From: Alphaproteobacteria bacterium UBA3635
GTDB lineage: Bacteria > Pseudomonadota > Alphaproteobacteria > Rs-D84
DNA length: 64,000 bases
Direction: 5' to 3'
Assembly (NCBI GenBank): GCA_002373935.1
Contig: DFKW01000004.1
Span: 27,704-91,703, forward strand
This document shows, piece by piece, positions 59,607-64,000 of this stretch. The notes under the pieces were generated by a model that made no database searches, had not been told where the DNA came from, and worked only from the letters and a program-made list of their open reading frames with translations. Every line of letters starts with the position of its first letter. Position 1 is the stretch's first letter. The translations under genes and the position numbers were made by a program.

Positions 59607-61925
59607 TTATGCGCGCAAGGTTGCGTGGCATTTTGTTGTCACCGCAGTAATTACTTTATTTTGCAATTCTGTCAATTCGGCGTCGCCCATATTTGATGTT
59701 GGATAAATCGTGATTGTAAATGCCACAGATTTATTTCCGCTACCCATATCAAACGAGTCAAAAATCACAACATCGCCAATGCGATTATCCGCACCGCGCG
59801 CCGTCGCAACCAATTTTTCCGCGGGGAATTTTGCGTCCGTCACAAATGCAAAATCACGCGTGATTGGTTGAAATTCTGTGATTGGTGTTTTTGCATGTTT
59901 TGGCGCATCCGGCAGATTTTTTATATCATCAATAATCGCGATGACCGTTGGTGATTTTATATGCAACGCGTGCGCAATATTGGGATGCAATTCGCCAAAT
60001 TCTGCAATCCGTTTTGGACCCTGGGTTATGCGACCATATTTATATGGGTGCGCCCATTTTGGTGCATCGGTTGTGTCTATTGTATATTTTTGATTTCCAA
60101 TCAATGACAAAATATCAGATTTTACATCAAATACATCAACCGTGCGATTGCGTTTCATCCAATGTTTCGGTGATGTTGCGCCCGAACGCACGATACAAAT
60201 TTGTGTATGTTCGTCACCCGGCATATCACCATCAAATACCGTTCCCAATTCGAACATTGCGACATTTGGATAGCCGCGTTTGATATTGCCCGTCAACGCA
60301 ATCAATAAATTCCCCAATAAATTATTCCGCATGCAATCAAATTCAACCGTGATTGGATTTGATACCGGAATAATTGGTTTGTCGGTCAACATACCATCTA
60401 TTTTAGAATTACCAAAACCAAACGATATATTTTCGTTCAATCCCATATTCGCCAGGCGGCGTTTTAATCCAACACACCCGCGTGATTCTATTTTATCAGC
60501 GTTTTCTGATTTGGTTTCAACAACACCCGACAATCCCACACGGTCATAACCATAAATCCTGATTAGGTCAGACACAATGTTTTCCGGTGCGGTCATATCA
60601 ACACGCGCACTGCGTGGGGTGACGGTCCAAATTCCACCTTTGCCTTCGCTGACACTAAATTGCAAAGATTCCAAAATTTCGCGTTGTGTTGAAATCGGCA
60701 TATCAACACCCGTCCGTTGCAGGCAAAACGCCGGATTGTATGCAATTTTGTTCGGTGTAAATTCTGTGCGCCCGGCATTTACAACCGATACAATTTCACC
60801 GCCACACGCATCCATTATAATTTCCGCCGCCGCCGCCAATGCAGGTCCCGATACATTTGGGTCAATGCCGCGTTCATATCGATATGACGCGTCCGTTGAC
60901 AATCCCAACCGTTTTGCAGTTTTACGGATGCCCACCGGTTCAAAATACGCGGATTCTAAAATAATGTTTTTTGTGTCGTCCGTTGTCATTGCACGCGCAC
61001 CACCGATAATCCCCGCCAGTGCCAAAACACCCGACATATCGGCGATAACCAAATCTTTATCGGTCAATTCGTGTATGGCACCAAACAGGTCGGTAAACTT
61101 CTCGCCGTTTTGTGCCGTGCGAACGATAATTGGGCCGTCAACTTTGTCTGCATCAAAACAATGCAGGGGCTGCGACATATCATAACAGATATAATTTGTT
61201 GCATCCACACACGCGTTTTTCGGGTTTATGCCTGCCGCAGACAGACGACATGCAATCTTGTCAGATGACGGCGCATTTTTAATACCATGAATTTCCGCCA
61301 TGCGGTATGTCGGGCAACGGTCAGACATTATTTGCACACCGCGCGCACCCGGTTTTTCCGCCAAAATTTTTGGTGCTTTTGCGATATAACGCCCCACACC
61401 GCACGCCGCCAAATCCAGTGCAATCCCACGCACCGCCAAATAATCCGGACGGTTTGGTGTAATGCCGGTATCAAAAATTTCCGATGCATAAACACCCGCA
61501 ATCGGTGTTCCGGGATTGGTGTCAGAATCCAATTCCATAATACCGTCGTCATCTGGCCCAATGCCCAATTCTTGTTCACTGCACATCATGCCGTTTGATA
61601 CAACACCGCGCAATTTTCCAACCTCGATTTTATGCCCGTCGATTATGCAACCCGGGCGCGCCAATGCAGACACCATACCCACACGCACATTTGGCGCACC
61701 ACATACAACCTGGCGTAATTTACCAGACCCGTCGTCAACCATCAACACATGCAAATGGTCAGAATTTTCATGCGGGCGACACTCAACAATTTTTGCCGCA
61801 ATCGGTGGCGTGGGCGACACGAAATCTTCGACCTCGAGTCCGGTACGATTTAATGTTTCACAAATTTGTTCGGCGGAATAATCCGTATCCAGATATTCGC
61901 GCAACCATTCATATGTCCATTTCAT
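59607..61925 (-). CDS. pheT: Phenylalanine--tRNA ligase beta subunit
   Basis: VCGAPNV, ITPNRPD, ILESAYF, SYRYERGID, GELHP, RDFAFV. Confidence 0.96.
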   Translation of the reverse strand: MKWTYEWLREYLDTDYSAEQICETLNRTGLEVEDFVSPTPPIAAKIVECRPHENSDHLHVLMVDDGSGKLRQVVCGAPNVRVGMVSALARPGCIIDGHKIEVGKLRGVVSNGMMCSEQELGIGPDDDGIMELDSDTNPGTPIAGVYASEIFDTGITPNRPDYLAVRGIALDLAACGVGRYIAKAPKILAEKPGARGVQIMSDRCPTYRMAEIHGIKNAPSSDKIACRLSAAGINPKNACVDATNYICYDMSQPLHCFDADKVDGPIIVRTAQNGEKFTDLFGAIHELTDKDLVIADMSGVLALAGIIGGARAMTTDDTKNIILESAYFEPVGIRKTAKRLGLSTDASYRYERGIDPNVSGPALAAAAEIIMDACGGEIVSVVNAGRTEFTPNKIAYNPAFCLQRTGVDMPISTQREILESLQFSVSEGKGGIWTVTPRSARVDMTAPENIVSDLIRIYGYDRVGLSGVVETKSENADKIESRGCVGLKRRLANMGLNENISFGFGNSKIDGMLTDKPIIPVSNPITVEFDCMRNNLLGNLLIALTGNIKRGYPNVAMFELGTVFDGDMPGDEHTQICIVRSGATSPKHWMKRNRTVDVFDVKSDILSLIGNQKYTIDTTDAPKWAHPYKYGRITQGPKRIAEFGELHPNIAHALHIKSPTVIAIIDDIKNLPDAPKHAKTPITEFQPITRDFAFVTDAKFPAEKLVATARGADNRIGDVVIFDSFDMGSGNKSVAFTITIYPTSNMGDAELTELQNKVITAVTTKCHATLRA

Positions 61926-61937
61926 TTCTGTGTTCCT

Positions 61938-62894
61938 TTAAGCATCAAAACCACTATTTTTTAACCAGCGCACATCGCCATCGTAAAATTGCCGTATGTC
62001 GTTCAGGCCAAATTTCAACATCGCCAATCTGTCCCAACCAAAGCCAAATGCAAAACCCTGAAATTCATCCGGGTTCACACCACAATTACGCAATACATTT
62101 GGATGCACCATACCCGCACCCATAATTTCCAACCATTTATCGCCCCATTTAATATCAACCTCGATAGATGGTTCGGTGAACGGGAAATATGATGGACGGA
62201 TGCGCATTTCCAATTTTCTTTCAAAAAACCGTTCCAACAACACACGAATTGTCGCAACCAAATCAGACATTGTTATATGAGTGTCGATTTTATCAACATA
62301 TAACCCCTCAATCTGACCGAACATCGGGCTGTGTGTTGCGTCCATTTCTTTGCGATATGTGCGCCCGACACCAAACATTTTAATTGGCACACCATGTGTT
62401 TCCATCGCGCGAATTTGAATTGCCGATGTTTGTGTGCGCAATACATTGCCATTGTCCAAAAAGAAACTGTCCTGCATGTCACGCGCCGGATGATATGACG
62501 GAGTATTTAATGCGGTAAAGTTATGCCAGTCATCTTCAATCTCGGGTCCGGTCCACATTTCAAAACCCAACGATTCCAAAATTGTTCCAACCTGTAATAA
62601 TGTTTCGGTCAATGGATGAATTGTGCCACGATTTTTGGGTTCCGTATCCAATGTCACATCAACATATTCGGTTTTTAATTTTTGATTCAATGCCGCGGTT
62701 TCTAATTCAGATTGACGGATTTTGAACGCATCACGCAAAGCCGCATTTTCTTTATTTAATTTGGCACGCGCATCCGGCGCCATTTTCGACATTTCTTTTA
62801 ATTTTGCCGTCATGGTTCCGTTTTTACCGAATACGGATGTGTATAATTCCTGTAATTCTTCCAAAGTATTGATGTTTTTAATCTGTTCCTGCAT
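61938..62894 (-). CDS. pheS: Phenylalanine--tRNA ligase alpha subunit
   Basis: HPARDMQDSF, LRTQTS, RPSYFPFTEPS, GFAFGFG; start set to MQEQIK after the AAAGG RBS. Confidence 0.96.
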   Translation of the reverse strand: MQEQIKNINTLEELQELYTSVFGKNGTMTAKLKEMSKMAPDARAKLNKENAALRDAFKIRQSELETAALNQKLKTEYVDVTLDTEPKNRGTIHPLTETLLQVGTILESLGFEMWTGPEIEDDWHNFTALNTPSYHPARDMQDSFFLDNGNVLRTQTSAIQIRAMETHGVPIKMFGVGRTYRKEMDATHSPMFGQIEGLYVDKIDTHITMSDLVATIRVLLERFFERKLEMRIRPSYFPFTEPSIEVDIKWGDKWLEIMGAGMVHPNVLRNCGVNPDEFQGFAFGFGWDRLAMLKFGLNDIRQFYDGDVRWLKNSGFDA

Positions 62895-62976
62895 AACATA
62901 ACCTTTTATTATATATAAAAGCCGCCAAACACTTGACGGCATTTATTATTACAAAACAAACGACCACCGCCAAGGA

Positions 62977-63345
62977 TTATTTTGCATCCCCACCGTTAAA
63001 TCGTTTTGCAGTATCAATCAATTTTGTGAAGTTTTCATCACCCGCAAATGCCATTTCGGCCAAAACCTTGCGGTCCAGGGCGACGCCCGCCTTGCGCAGG
63101 CCGTTCATAAATTGAGAGTATGTCATACCGTTATTACGCACCGCGGCGTTGATACGGACAATCCACAAACCACGAAATTCGCGTTTTTTGACACGACGGT
63201 CGCGATATGCATATTGGCCCGCCTTTTCTGTTTTTTCGCGTGCCGCACGGTATGTTGAATGATGACGGCCCAAATAACCCTTGGCGCGCGCCAAAATTTT
63301 ATTATGTTTTTGTTTAACTGTTGTTCCACGTTTTACTCTTGCCAT
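62977..63345 (-). CDS. rplT: 50S ribosomal protein L20
   Basis: MARVKRG, YAYRDRR.KKR.FR.LWI.RINAA. Confidence 0.98.
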   Translation of the reverse strand: MARVKRGTTVKQKHNKILARAKGYLGRHHSTYRAAREKTEKAGQYAYRDRRVKKREFRGLWIVRINAAVRNNGMTYSQFMNGLRKAGVALDRKVLAEMAFAGDENFTKLIDTAKRFNGGDAK

Positions 63346-63357
63346 AATTGCCCCCTA

Positions 63358-63561
63358 TTATTTCAAACCGTATGGCGCCAAGATTTTCGCCTGGCCCATC
63401 ATGTTTTCGTTCAAATACTGTGGCTTGGACCCCGCGTTATTCGCGCGTTTGGATTTATGACGCAGTAATTTTTTGTGAGCATTTCTGGCAACACGGATTT
63501 TCCCAGTTGCAGTCATAGATGCACGTTTTTTCAAATATGACTTTGTTTTTAATTTTGGCAT
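63358..63561 (-). CDS. rpmI: 50S ribosomal protein L35
   Basis: MPKLKTK...KR...TATGK...LAPY; upstream of rplT. Confidence 0.92.
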   Translation of the reverse strand: MPKLKTKSYLKKRASMTATGKIRVARNAHKKLLRHKSKRANNAGSKPQYLNENMMGQAKILAPYGLK

Positions 63562-63701
63562 TTTTAATCCTTTTGTTTTATGTCCTGATGGCAATGCCTC
63601 GATGCCATTTTGGACGGTTATGCCCATATTTTGGCATATAAAAAAGAAAAATCAAGTTTTTATTGAATATTGGGTTTTTAGACATTAAACTTACGGTGAA
63701 A

Positions 63702-64000
63702 ATGAACAAAAACACATTATCTTTGCGGACCGGAAAATTATTAAAGTCGGTTGCGGCCGCCGCCGCCGTGCCGTTGGTATTTATTTATGTGTTGGTTGCA
63801 AAACCGGATTTTTACCTGATAAATTGGGCGGGACATGTTATTTTGCCGGTGGCGCATTTTGTCGGTGATGTAATTACTTGGCCGGTGCGGGCGTTGGGTG
63901 AATCGTTTGAAAATATTTACGATTTGGCAAACTTACGCGCGGAAAATGAAAAATTACGCATGGAATTGGACGCATTGCGCGAAAATCAAAACTCTTGCGC
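63702..64000 (+). CDS. mreC: Rod shape-determining protein MreC (3'-truncated)
   Basis: Manual translation gives a TM segment, then VITWPVR...LRAENEKLR coiled coil. Confidence 0.65.
   Translation, partial: MNKNTLSLRTGKLLKSVAAAAAVPLVFIYVLVAKPDFYLINWAGHVILPVAHFVGDVITWPVRALGESFENIYDLANLRAENEKLRMELDALRENQNSC

Noticed and set aside
62895-62976. Phe leader-peptide attenuator for pheST
   Set aside because: A hairpin with a T-tract is present, but there is no short Phe-rich ORF.
1-64000. DGR template repeat or reverse transcriptase in the window
   Set aside because: I found no AAC-rich copy of 43510-43620 and no RT (YxDD) ORF, so the DGR call rests on the VR signature only.

Overview
This is a gene-dense chromosomal window from a small-genome Gram-negative alphaproteobacterium. 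Gene style and protein families suggest the gut-associated Rs-D84/'Ca. Enterousia'-like lineage, but that placement is inference. It is mostly housekeeping: xseB, mutS, truB, rpsO, rsmE, der, pnp, parAB, rsmG, gpsA, macAB-tolC-like, recF, sspB, infB, nusA, lptF/G-lptD-surA, rlmN, metG, queH, fabD, fabG, mnmG, ileS, nth, pheST, rplT, rpmI, partial mreC, and tRNA-Cys, -Val and -Thr. There is also a stand-alone VirD4 and a small HTH + EcoRI-family methylase + DUF262-HNH island. The most interesting signals are: (1) a secreted modular fibre-like protein (42109-43644) whose Cys-rich C-terminus has the codon signature of a diversity-generating-retroelement variable region, with no TR or RT in the window and a non-diversified paralog at 29625-30125; (2) an unannotated MNKKTIIIIK leader peptide plus terminator upstream of ileS; (3) a MetRS carrying a PheT-like OB domain and an in-frame heptamer repeat; (4) two related antisense/attenuator-like leader RNAs; and (5) orphan genes sharing a basic C-terminal tail, possibly T4SS substrates.
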